Assembly (NCBI GenBank): GCA_026025075.1 | Contig: JAPEUI010000067.1 | Coordinates: forward strand, 62,001 to 98,431 | Direction of reading: 5' to 3' | Length of the DNA: 36,431 nucleotides | Origin: Vezdaea acicularis | Taxonomy: Eukaryota | Shown: piece after piece, positions 24,301-34,948 of the stretch | Numbering within the stretch: the stretch's first letter is position 1 | How the letters are laid out: each line of letters starts with the position of its first letter | The notes under the pieces: generated by a model | Seen by the model: the letters and a program-made list of their open reading frames with translations, nothing else | Told to the model about the DNA's origin: nothing | Database searches by the model: none | Program-made: the position numbers and the translations under genes

Positions 24301-25735
24301 AATCGATACAACAAGTTGAACTCGACCGTGACCTGGTTTCCAATCCCACGCTTGATGCCCTCTTTGTTGTCTTTCTCTGGGATCTCAATGCGTGGATCAA
24401 GGGTCCAAGAAGTGTCCTTGGTGTGAAGCCTCATCAAGACACGAAGATAGTCGTGGATAGAGATGTTGACGTACAGTCCACAAGTGATCCTATAGGGAGT
24501 AGCAAGGAGAGTTAATAAATAGTCTCTCCTAAGAACAATCAAGTGTAAGCTTTGCTAATGGATTACATACAGTCTTGCGGTTTGGAACAAGTCTTCGTCT
24601 CGCTTCTTCAAGGACGTAGCCATATTCTCTTCCACCGTCTTACCGTTGTTATACGCTTCGTGTGGCTTCAAAGAGAATTTGCCGTTCTCATTTATAGCGA
24701 GAAGCTGCTCTGCTGCGTAGTTGTGATACCTGTTGAACATAATCAAGTAGATGCCGACGCCTGGAGGTTGGCGTGCGAGACGCTCGTCTGCGAAACAGTC
24801 TACCTTCAAACGACCATCTTCAAATACTCGCACAGCCCTTTGAGTTTCGAGGTTATGACCATAGAGAGGAGAAAGGTCCAAGTATGAGGAGGTATCAGAG
24901 ATATTCTTGTCATTTGCGTTAGTGCGGAAGATATCTTGACGTTTCGAGGTATTGCCCTCATAAGTCAGCGTTCTGCACTAGAAAGCTAAGGAGGAAAGGA
25001 TGGATCGCGGACCGTGGATGATGATAGTTGCATGGTAGAGCAACATGCTCGAGAGGCCAAGGCTGCTTTCCGTGTGGTCCTCACGGGCCATCAATACTAC
25101 GTGTGATTCAGCGAGAATGGTACGATTCAGCGCTTATGAATGATTCTGAAACGTACGATCAAATATATCTCCCGGATCTGGGCGAGCTCCGTGAACTGCC
25201 CCTTGGGGTGGTACAGACTTTGCATAGGGCAACCCAGCCTTCCCAAGCTCAGGAAACAGGAAATTCTACAGGAGTCGACTGTCAGAAGCCAAGTACCCGG
25301 TGAAAGCAGTAAGGGTAACGGTTTCTTACGTTGTTACTCCCGTCAGCAGTTCGATACTGGTGCTCATCTCCGAGGTAGCTCAAAGGTGGGTGGAGCATAG
25401 AACCCCAAAGAGTATTAACCGACTTCTGGTTCAGAAAACGGCTGTACCAATTGGTGAGGGGAAGCATAGAAAATTGGTCTAGAGAAGCTTGAGCCTTTGC
25501 ACCGAACGGAATGGAAAGGTCAGCCAGCGACCCAAAAGGCCGGATAGTCATTGCACGCTCATACCGACGGCTTTCTGAGCACCATTACTGCCCATGCCAC
25601 ACGCAGGGCGGCTGGAAAGCCTTTCCATTGAGACGCGAGGAAAGATTGATTCTCAGGACGCTGATCGTGTAAAGATGGATCAGCATGAAAGCCGGTATTC
25701 TTTGCATCAAGATGTGGGCCAAAGATAGCAGCCAT
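21345..25735 (-). CDS. Ppo/linoleate diol synthase-family fatty acid heme dioxygenase fused to a degenerate cytochrome P450 domain, ~1109 aa; exons 25735-25565, 25494-25330, 25265-25157, 25096-25013, 24934-24571, 24489-24095, 24015-23940, 23838-23562, 23374-22755, 22635-22206, 22150-21899, 21803-21512, 21439-21345
   Basis: Twelve GT-AG introns give a continuous 3330-nt frame, with every intron phase checked. DOX motifs: HPPLSYLG, YRTADGSNN, PDPGDIFD, ATIIIHD (distal His), SSYLDLSPLYG, DEDLFQTARL, GNQVTVEFNLLYRFH (catalytic Tyr and proximal His), ATLNDFREFFGL, SDAVTLVRSDRFYT. The C-terminal CYP-like part has YVLEAQR (ExxR), FPSPGEIDLTR and the terminal PFPTTWNLRFDG. Exon 1 is the least certain. 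Confidence 0.9.
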
Positions 25736-28203
25736 CGCTATGGCCCTGGCTGGCTTCTCGTTTGAATATGCAGAATGAGAAAACAGCGTTCAAGTGAGGG
25801 GGAGCACGTTGCTAATCGAAACCGGGGGAGTGAACGCTCTGTATTTAAGGAGAGTGCCCGAGAACATTCCGGCAGGCCAACCTAGGAAGGAGCTGCAACA
25901 GGCCCCGAGCCATTCCTTAGAGGAAGACGCATCCGGGTGGCTGTCGACGGGAGGCCATGGGTCAAATGCGAACAGATGCGGCGTCTATTACAGGGTAAAA
26001 AGGAGACAGGATAGAGCTGGACTGCTCTCTAAGGCCAATCTGGAATCCGGTCAATTGGTTGACATTCATGTCGGGACTCGTCGGCGGTCGACATCATTCG
26101 ATGTTCAACCGAAGGCTTCTCAGGGGGGGATGAAACGAGGGGACGAGGTCAAGTCAAGACTGTGCTTTCCTGATATGGAAATGAGGGGTGCGGGTGGCTG
26201 GCTGTTTGCCGGAAGTGGCGAGCTGACGGGGTCGCTCATTCTCGATGTGGTAAGACAAGATATGCCCCCAGGGGTCTTTCAGCGAGCCGCGAAGAGCCAG
26301 AGCCAATCAGCTTTCGGCTTCATTATCGCGCAGTATAACGAGGTGAGCTCACTGAGGTTGTCGTGTGACATTGGAGTGACCCGAGGAGATATCACTATGA
26401 TATCTGGGTGCACGCGCTCGTCTGCCGTAGGAACCGGCGGCTATAAGCTACACCGTGGGCCAATTGACCAGTCTTCGACTGAGTTCAATGCGACCAGTGA
26501 ATACGGAGTGAGTTGTGTCTCTCAATTCAAGGGCAAAAATCCTGGTGTTCCCATCTCTCAACACGGTCTACTTATCGGAGATTCATGAGCCCTCGGTTGC
26601 GGGTAGCTGTCGCAGGTCTGCGCGTGTAGTGACGAGGAGTGAGAGTGAGCCATAACGCGATTGACGCGCTCAGTTGGGAGGGTGCCCACAACGCCATAAT
26701 CATCCACACGCGCGATATGCTGGACACTTTCCTACAACCGGCATTTTATCAGTCAACACACTTGCATATTACCTGATAGTCTCCGCAAACTAAACACCCT
26801 TCACTGAAAGTTATCAGTCCGATATGACTTGTAAAGCGTATATTGTTGAAAAAAGCCTTCGTAGCAGATATTCTTGGCAGGATCATCCCGGGTATGGCAT
26901 GCGTCCGGAAGGAATCGCAACGTGCAGTACGCAATCCGGGCCGAGCCTTTTGACGACGTTGAAACGTTACTATATTGAGACCTAGTCGCAGGCGAAGCTG
27001 CTCTCTTCTAGCCCTGAGAGCGTCATGAAGAGCAGCTTCCATGGCTCCCACGTGGATGCAGCCCAGCGATCGAGGCTATGCCAGATCTAGACTCGACCAC
27101 ATTCGTGCAAGGGGCCGAAGATCGCATCGAGCGACCCCGCGACCATACCGTGGATGTGCAGACTCCCTAAACACCAGCGCTCCATGCGGCGATTGAGCAA
27201 AGTCTGCGGGGTTTTGATCCTTACATCAACGACTTCCCACATTCCCATCAACTCCTCGACGCTGGTCCGCTTCGTGCCACCCACCCTCTTTTTAGCCCAG
27301 ATGAGGACAGGTGCCATCCTGGCATTGCGAGGGTCTCGAGACAAGGTAACAGATCCCACGCATTACTGATCAGCAGTGAGTCAATGTGTCCGCCCAATTG
27401 AGAAATCACAAAAGGCACTCGGCCGTGAGCTGAACCGGGCGCGAGGGTATCTGTGACGGTCCTTGATCCTATTTTGAGCTGGTGCGCTGCCAAGACCCAA
27501 TTGCTTCTTATAGTTTCTCGTAAAAAGTCACTACTCTAAGCGAAAAGGTAGATGTGAGCCTTGGATGTTTGGCGGGGAGCTGCAAGCTCGCCCCCTGGAG
27601 GAGCGCCTAATCCCGCGAACGCGTCATTCGGTCTTTGAGGCTGGATCAAGGAGTCATGGACGCGTACGCGTCAAATCCAGCCAACTTGGAGCTGATATGA
27701 GATACGGCCCAAATTTGTCAATTCGCGGAATATATCGGAGGGCTGATGCGGCTCGTCTGCAGCACAAAGATGTGGCAAATTAAATGTCCCTGACCCTGGA
27801 GGAGGGGGAAAAAACGTGGCACGCGACGGGACCTGTGCCAGGCAGATCCCTGCCTTCGTTAGCGCGGCAAAAAACGTGACGAGGCTTGCAGCCTCGTGTC
27901 AACACAAGACCAAAATCTTAAAGCTGACCGGGACCTTCTAGAAGAAATTGGACCCTGGTAGTTCCGTAGATCCTGAGCCATTGTGTTGGTTTCCATGATC
28001 CTTCAATCAATTCACTGTTTCGAAAGAATGCCAATGCTTGAAGGGAATCCCGTTGGCCGCGTTGTCTTTCTTTGGTCGAGCTCTCCACGGATTTGAGAGC
28101 CGCACCACAGTACCACGGCTTCTTGAACTGCACGCGAAAGCACGCCAGCATTTGACGGCGGGATCGGAAACCAGCCCGCATCCTTGCCGGATCACTAAGC
28201 GTA

Positions 28204-28236
28204 GCATGCAGCCAGGGCATGCAGCCAGGGCATGCA
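28204..28236. repeat. 13-bp tandem repeat (GCATGCAGCCAGG) x2.5
   Basis: gcatgcagccagg gcatgcagccagg gcatgca. Confidence 0.8.
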
Positions 28237-28847
28237 CCCTTCGCCACCGTGTACGTAAGGCCAATCGGACAACTCGAATGGGAGTTTGCAAATCCTGGAC
28301 ATGACTGCAATGCAATTTCGAGCCTAGTTGCGGGATTTTTTGTTAGACGCCGACTTTGCACTTCCTGCTCTCGATAGGAAAGGAGTCAGCCCGCCCCAAA
28401 GGCAGAATTTTGAGGCGTACTCGGCTTTCGCCGTCAGTGCAGATGATACAATGCACAAACGTAACAAAGCAATTAATAGGCAAATTAATGGTGATGACGT
28501 GTAATAATCGTGGCGAACGACCGCAAGCGGCTTGCACTCAGCATCGAAGAAAAAGCAGTCAGCTTTGCACTAGCCATTATGTCTTCTAGGTTTACTGAAA
28601 ACCTCATGACAGGTGAAACAAGAGATTTATAGTCCAAGGGGGCCAGCACCTATGACGACCAGATTAGGGATAGATGATAGGCCCGAAAGCCACACGCGTC
28701 CAGCGACAAGATCGATAATCGGAACGAAGATGAAGAAAGCAAGGAAAAACGAAAAGAAATCCAAAAAACTTGCTCAAGGAAAAGCCTGAGCAGAAAACCT
28801 CTCTTCCATCTAAACCATCGAGCATGCGTTTTGTGAGATATTTTTGC

Positions 28848-29509
28848 TTAGAAAAAGGTGTGTGCAAGCGTGCTTGCGACCTAACCATATGAGCTGGATT
28901 TGAGATTTGTTGGATAGATTGCTACATACCTTAGGACCGCGAATCCCATCCCCTTCATAAGACTAGCTCGTCTCGTCATTAGGGAGCAGGTCTTGGTCGT
29001 CAAACTGAGCGTAATAATGTACGGACGCAGGGTCCGGCCCCATTTCCGGAAAACGGTCGCAAAATGATTTGATTTCTGCTACTATGAGCGGGTTCAGGTT
29101 TTGTCCGAGTTGGTTACGGAGGTTTTCGACACCCGTGCCCGCATTTTCGGCTTGTGTGGGAGGCAAGTGAACATTGCCTGGCTCTACTATATTAGCACAA
29201 GACGAGAATGCATGAAAAGCCCAGCAAAGAGTCAGGCTTACCCTCAGAACCAAGGGCTGAATCGGTGTGACTTGCGCCTACGGAAGTGAGATCAAAGTCC
29301 CGCCGCGCTTTTAACCAAGTTTTGTCCTTAGTTGAGTTCGTTTGCGATTCTTGTAGTGCTGCCCGCTCACGAGCGGCTGCTGAACTTTCCGTGGAGGCCG
29401 GTCGTAGAGAAGTCGTGATACTCCCCGAGTAATTGAATGCCTGACGGGAGCCGCCAGCCAGCTCATTGCCAGATTGCCCTACCTGAGTGGTGTGCTTCAT
29501 GTTCGACAT
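28848..29509 (-). CDS. Hypothetical orphan protein (~162-164 aa); exons 29509-29242, 29183-29023, 28962-28930, 28880-28848 (alternative: 2 exons ending at the stop at 28963)
   Basis: Intron 29241-29184 (GTAAGC...GCTAAT...TAG) joins two track ORFs in frame. Further phase-0 introns lie at 29022-28963 (GTACAT...CCTAAT...TAG) and 28929-28881 (GTATGT...GCTCAT...TAG). An ATATATAT box at 29774-29781 is followed by a pyrimidine-rich leader. No recognisable domain. Confidence 0.5.
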
Positions 29510-29773
29510 TCTCGGCGTATGAAAGATTGTTATAAGTGACCCTAATTTAGGTCTTAAGTGCAGCTCAAGTTGGGGCCCGGATATTACAATAAGGTACCAA
29601 GGGTAGCCGTTGAAAGAAGTTAAGTCCGTCTCTGAAGAAGGATCAGTGGAGCGATTGGTTACGCTACCCAGCGTAATGGCAGAGGCAATAAAATAATGAG
29701 ATGAAGAGAAGATCAAGTGGTAGCATTATGGTTTGAGCAAAATGAAATAGGAAAATAACAGGACAGGAAGGGG

Positions 29774-29781
29774 ATATATAT
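29774..29781 (-). promoter_or_regulatory. Putative TATA element for the orphan gene starting at 29509
   Basis: ATATATAT followed on the minus strand by a CT-rich stretch typical of fungal transcription start regions. Confidence 0.4.
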
Positions 29782-30954
29782 TGCCATGGAGGACAGATGC
29801 CCTAGCCTTCGACGGAGTGGGGGCCGACTCATCGTGCCAAGTCCATAAATATGAGAGGGGACAAAAAAAGAAAATCGGCCATGCTTTACTCCAGGAATCT
29901 TTGGCGGAGGCGTACCCGCAAGACTGATGTTGCTGACAGGGGAGTAGAGTAAAGGCCTACAGCCGAATTTGACAAGGGTACAGAACCTTGCTGCATGTAG
30001 ACAGTGCGATCCATGTCCGTCAACCAGAAACAGATGGTGGCCAGCGCCGATGCAAGGCAAGCATGAGTTCTTGCTTCCTGCAATGGTGGCCCATGCCTTC
30101 CCCTCCTTGCCCGCAGAATCCCCCGCGGATCCCCAGGCCACGAATTCCCAGATGTCTCAGGATCGCAGTTGCGTCAAGCAACATCGGTCTTCATCTGGGC
30201 TGGTACGTTGGTCGACACTCTGGGCGGAAGCTCGACGATGAGGGATTTTCAGGGACAGAGTTTGAGTTCTGTTGCATGTAAGCTTGGACTCAACGATGTA
30301 CCGAGGCTCTCTCTTCGCTGAATGGCCTACGTCTTTTCATGCAGGAGGTGCGAAGGCGGCCGAGTATTTGCTGGCTTCTGGACTGTGAATGCGCCGGGGT
30401 GTTGACAGTTGCATCCCTGGCAGGCCATGGTTGGGGTGTGGCAAGGCCAAGGGGCACGAGCCCTGGGTTCCATATCGGTCTCGAGGCTCCGAATGGCCCG
30501 ATCTGCCGCCGTCTCTTCTGCGTGTCAACCCCGGCTGAGCAGTATGACTGGTGTTGTGGCGGGCCACGCCCCGCTAAACCCCTTCTAGGCTGAGCAAAGC
30601 TGAGACAAACCCTTCCCGCACGAGCAGCCGTCTTTTGAAACCCTAGCGATCTCCTTCCTCAGTCCGATTTCGACCGTTTCACAGTCGGCTCTTGCAGACG
30701 CCCTCTGCCCACGGGCCCACAGCCGTTGAATCTTCTTCCTGGCTCTTTCTGCCTCATCGGGGCGAACAAACCCCTCGAGATTCCGGCAATGGGAGGAGCG
30801 ATAGCAGGAAGCGGCCAGACGCTTGGACCTTTGGAATCGGTCGGCACTTTCGTGGCCTTTCGCCTCGTTCGTGTCGGGCAAATGAAGGGCGCCCTCTGAA
30901 AGATTACGCAAGGTCTGCTCCCAGATCCCCTGCAGGGTGCCAGCCGGATGAGGC

Positions 30955-31031
30955 CTAGTCAGGGCAGACGTTAGCACGGGTGAACAAGGCGTTTGGCCGC
31001 GCTGATCAGCGTTGCATGGGTGACGACTTAC
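30955..31031 (-). other. Isolated consensus spliceosomal intron (77 nt) with no convincing host CDS
   Basis: GTAAGT donor, TGCTAAC branch site, and CTAG acceptor about 15 nt downstream of the branch site. Confidence 0.5.
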
Positions 31032-33668
31032 TACTACGTAGTATGTCGATGCAGCGAACAGGCATATCATTGGCTCTCAACAATGTTTTGTGGCGGCCCT
31101 CACGTGGACGCTCTGATGCGCACCCCTCTTGACTGCCGCATCACGAACACCTCCATCGACAGTTCTTCACAACTCGTGACGATTCTTTCATGCAGCCGCG
31201 GCCCCTCAACAAAATTGGCCATCTCCGCCCTCTGTGAGTCGTTGCCATCTCGGTCGATGTTGGTGTTTCGAACGGGGATGTAGCTGATGTCACGCCCGCG
31301 AATAGACCGCGCTTAGCCCGGGGCTACGTAGTGATGGCGAGCTCGCTCGGGATGAGCCGTCGACCGTCGGCCTCGTTCTGGCCTGGCCCGTGCCATTTTT
31401 AATTTTTAATGAACCGCGTAAGTGGGCAACTTCGTTGCCTGGGCGCATCTCCCGTCCCCCGCAAGCACTTCCCGCACCATGCAACTGAGCGGAAGGCAGG
31501 TTTAGCAATGATCGCATTTCAGCATGCTTGTCAATGCAGCTGTGGAGTGCCAGGAGCATTAAAGCTCTCGTTCACCGAAAGCGCACGGACGCTCGCGCTT
31601 GCTCATCTCTGCATGGGCTGGTCGTGCCGTCCCTGAGATTGCTCGTGCGCACCGCGTTCTGATGTTCCCTGCGCCCGCGATACGAAGGATTGACGTCAGA
31701 AACATCCGTTGGTCAAATTGCATTATACATTTGTGGTTTGCCGTTCACTTCCCCTGATTTTGGGAGACTAGTTTAGGTGCTAAAGGTATTGAAGCTGATT
31801 GGTGGGGCTCGGCATGGGGGTCGACGCAATCGGCGCTGCAGTCCGGGGAACCTGCTACCCACACGACAACCTCATCTTTCATCTTACGAGGCAAACGGAG
31901 AGAGACTAGCCCGCTGCTCGTCGACGCTGGATTTCTGTTGAGAGCAATGGCCTCTGTTGTGCAAGTCGGCATTGTAGAAGCCGATTTCGACGCAGTGACA
32001 GCCGCTAGAGATCTAAAGCTGAAAATTGGGACGACTTCTGCGACATGAATTGGCCCCTGTTGGACTCCGAGCAAGGCTGAAACTTTTCGACGAGACTGTC
32101 ACTATTCTGAAGAGCGGATGGGCAACGAGCAAGAACTGTGCAATGCTTATCAAAGCGATGGATCCTCCCATACCAGCGAGGCCCACGTGTGTTGCCTCTG
32201 ACTCCCCCCCTCATCTTCCTTTCCTTCTCAAGCGAGAAAGAAGCAAGTATCGCACCCTGAAGGGATCGAGATCGCACGCGGATCCACGCGGGCTCAACTC
32301 AGTGAAGAAAAATCCTCTCGCAGTCGGAAGGGAGCCCCCGGTTTGCTGGTATTGCTTCTTTGTGCACTCGAAATTTTTTTCTCGCTGCATGATATCTTGT
32401 CATCCGCCCGGGCAACGTGGTGGGACGCGTCAACCCCCAGCTATAGAACCTATTCATTATTTCTAAAATAGTTTGTTTTATTGCTGACCGGTTATATAAT
32501 TTCTTTATTCACGTTTTTTGATCGCTAGCGTTGCTTCTTCGCTGCCTTCTTTGCTTTTTGAAGATCGACCACGTTTGCAAATCCATGTCATGTCTTTCTT
32601 TGGCATGGGGAGTTTTCGATGACTGGCTGAGGCCGCCTCAGACCGCGCTCTCACCCCAACTTGACACGGGACGACGGCGAACGTTGCATCTATATTTGCA
32701 GCTTTTTATTTTGTCTAAGTAGCAGATGACTCCCCGTCATTTGGAACGAAAATTTTCTTTCTCTCGTGCAAGGTACTTGGGCGGCTATCTTCTAAATGAC
32801 TTCCGAGGCTGAAACAGGACGTCGCGGCGCACCCTCCCCCCACCCCTCTCATCCTCTCCTAGGTCATCAGAAGCCCATCCAAGAATCGGCGCATTGATCA
32901 AATCGAGAAGGCTTCTCGTCTGAATAGCACTGCTATCGCGGCGCTGCCAACGGAGAAGGCTGCCGTACGCCAGCAGTCACCTGAAGGTGGCGGACCAGGT
33001 CTCCATCCTTCGGCGCCACCTCTGATCACCCATCGTACACACTATAGCACGTTCATTCACTCGCCTTAATCACCTATAGCCACGGAAGCCGCCATCGGTG
33101 GATCCTTAGACACCAAAAAAAGAGCGGTCAAGGCCGCCCGCACCCCTTGGCTTTGCTCGACGCACGCAAGGCTGCTCGCTGGAGCAACCAAGCCTGCCTG
33201 CCGATCAATTTCACGGCTCAATGGCCTCTTCTCGCCTATTGGAAGACGCTTGGGACCGAATATTGCTCGGTGTAAGCGACTACAATGCAGGAAGCCCAGG
33301 ATAACAAGCATGAGATCAGGTCCCATAGGTACAGTACATTCGTCCCGAAGGTGTTCAATGTACAGCGATTACGAGACGTGGCGCCGGAAACGGCAAAGGG
33401 GCCCGAGGAGGGTCTAATTTGCACCGCGATGCAGCGAGGAGCCCTTTCCATTGCTGTGCCAGTACGAAAAATCCACAAGTCTTCAGATCAAAGAAGTTCT
33501 CTCATTAAGGAAAAGTCGATCTAAGACACCCGGTGAATGCACCCCTGATCTATGGAATAGACAAAACCCTAGAACCACAACAGAAACAAACAACCATACA
33601 AGCCAGAAGAAATCGAAGCATTCACAATCCCACGCTGAAGATAAGCCGCGTCATCGCGTCGCATGATA

Positions 33669-34385
33669 CTATCGACCCGACTCAGACCATGTTGACGCGC
33701 TCTTTGGCTGCTTCCGTTTCTGTTGACGCGGCTCCCTGGTTCTTCTTCGACGAGGCTCAGCGACGATGCTCAGTTCATCGTTTGAATCAGATTCAAAACG
33801 CGACTCCACCTCAAAGCCAGTAGGCTGCGCAACAGCTCTTTGCTCCATCAGGAACAGGGGATTTTCTGGTCGTCGATCGTATAACATAGGACGGTCGTGA
33901 AGGTCACCGTCGACACGCACTACACGCATCGAATCCCATTAGCGGAAACTCTTCACGATGGCCGTGGAAGTCTCACAACGAAGCAGATACCTCGGGATCT
34001 CCACTCTCTCATGGTGTGACCCGATTCCGCAAAGCTCGCCGCCTGGCTGAACCAGCGAATGGCACCCTCGACTGGCATAGCTCACCGGTTGATCGGATAG
34101 CGCAGGCTGGGGCGAGTACGTGTAGTCTGGCAGATAGCCGTTCATTGATCCCTCTGAGAGGTGGGTTTGATGGTTCTGAGTTACTGAGCCCTGGGACTCT
34201 GTACGTGAGAAGGAACCCAGGCCTACTGAGTCCTGTTGATCATCTCCGTCGTTCAAGCTTAAGATGATCTGAGAACTTGCTGATTCTCGAATAACAGCTC
34301 TGGTCGACCAACCAGACTTGCGATCTTCGCTCGAGTTCGAAGGATGGCGGAAGCTTTTCGAATGCCTGTCATGATGTCTAGACAT
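33669..34385 (-). CDS. Hypothetical orphan protein, ~219 aa, hydrophilic and Ser/Arg-rich with a basic C-terminal cluster; exons 34385-33977 and 33919-33669
   Basis: A 57-nt intron at 33976-33920 (GTGAGA...GCTAAT...TAG, phase 1) fuses track ORFs 33939-34499 and 33669-33929 in frame. ATG context is ACCATG, TATAAAA lies about 145 nt upstream, and the downstream region is T-rich like a 3' UTR. Confidence 0.5.
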
Positions 34386-34527
34386 GGTTCCTTCGGACGA
34401 TGGTAGATCCTTTGGTAACAAAGTAAGACTGCGGTTCCGGAAGAAAGAAAGGGTATGCTTTGAGGAGATGAAGAAAAGATCCGAGACACAGGATGGCAAA
34501 GTCGGAGGATAGCACAGTAGGGACCCC

Positions 34528-34534
34528 TTTTATA
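34528..34534 (-). promoter_or_regulatory. TATA box (TATAAAA) upstream of the orphan gene at 34385
   Basis: The minus strand reads CAGTATAAAAGGGG, followed by a CT-rich leader (TCTTTTCTTCATCTCCTC, CCCTTTCTTTCTTCC). Confidence 0.55.
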
Positions 34535-34915
34535 CTGAATCGAACTATGACAAGAATACGGAAGCGTCACGGCTGACAGACCCACGGATTTGAGGCAACC
34601 CTTTTGAGGGCTTAGGAAGTGACCCGATGGGCTCTACTCATAGGATCCGGGGAGGTGGACTGGGCGCAGAGCGTGCTCCATCTCTCGGACGAGAAAGGAT
34701 CTTCGCCCTATTAACCTCCATCGGGGGGCTAAGCAGGTCGTTCACTGCTAAGTCAACATAAGGCAAATAGGGCGGAAGAGGGCGAACGGAGGCGAGTGCT
34801 TTAGGCAATAACACTCATCGTGCTGAGCCACCAAAATCAGCCACTACGTCCTTGACGTTTGCAGCCTGAGGCTTTCACCGCATACGCTCAAGCCTTGCGA
34901 GCTTTCGATAACTTT

Positions 34916-34948
34916 CAATGTATCTATCTGGCCAATGTATCTATCTGG
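34916..34948. repeat. Tandem duplication of a 16-bp unit CAATGTATCTATCTGG
   Basis: Exact copies at 34916-34931 and 34933-34948. Confidence 0.8.

Noticed and set aside
25794..26588. 264-codon plus-strand ORF divergent from ppo
   Set aside because: It starts at GTG only ~60 bp from the ppo ATG and overlaps its TATA-like TAAATA (25842-25847). It has no domain, composition or splice support, so it is most likely a chance ORF in promoter DNA.
31234..31305. Possible plus-strand intron GTGAGT...GCTGAT...TAG (and a weaker one at 30278-30344)
   Set aside because: I could not link either to a credible ORF or promoter, and such matches are expected by chance over 10 kb.
31611..31698. Partial resemblance to a fungal TPP riboswitch (GCATGGGCTGGT...CTGAGATT...CGAAGGAT), ending in a TGACGTCA CRE palindrome
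   Set aside because: It lacks the ATAC and GAACTTGAT/TAAT core elements and there is no thiamine-related gene or host intron; a cmsearch with the Rfam TPP model would settle it. A single CRE 8-mer is not significant.
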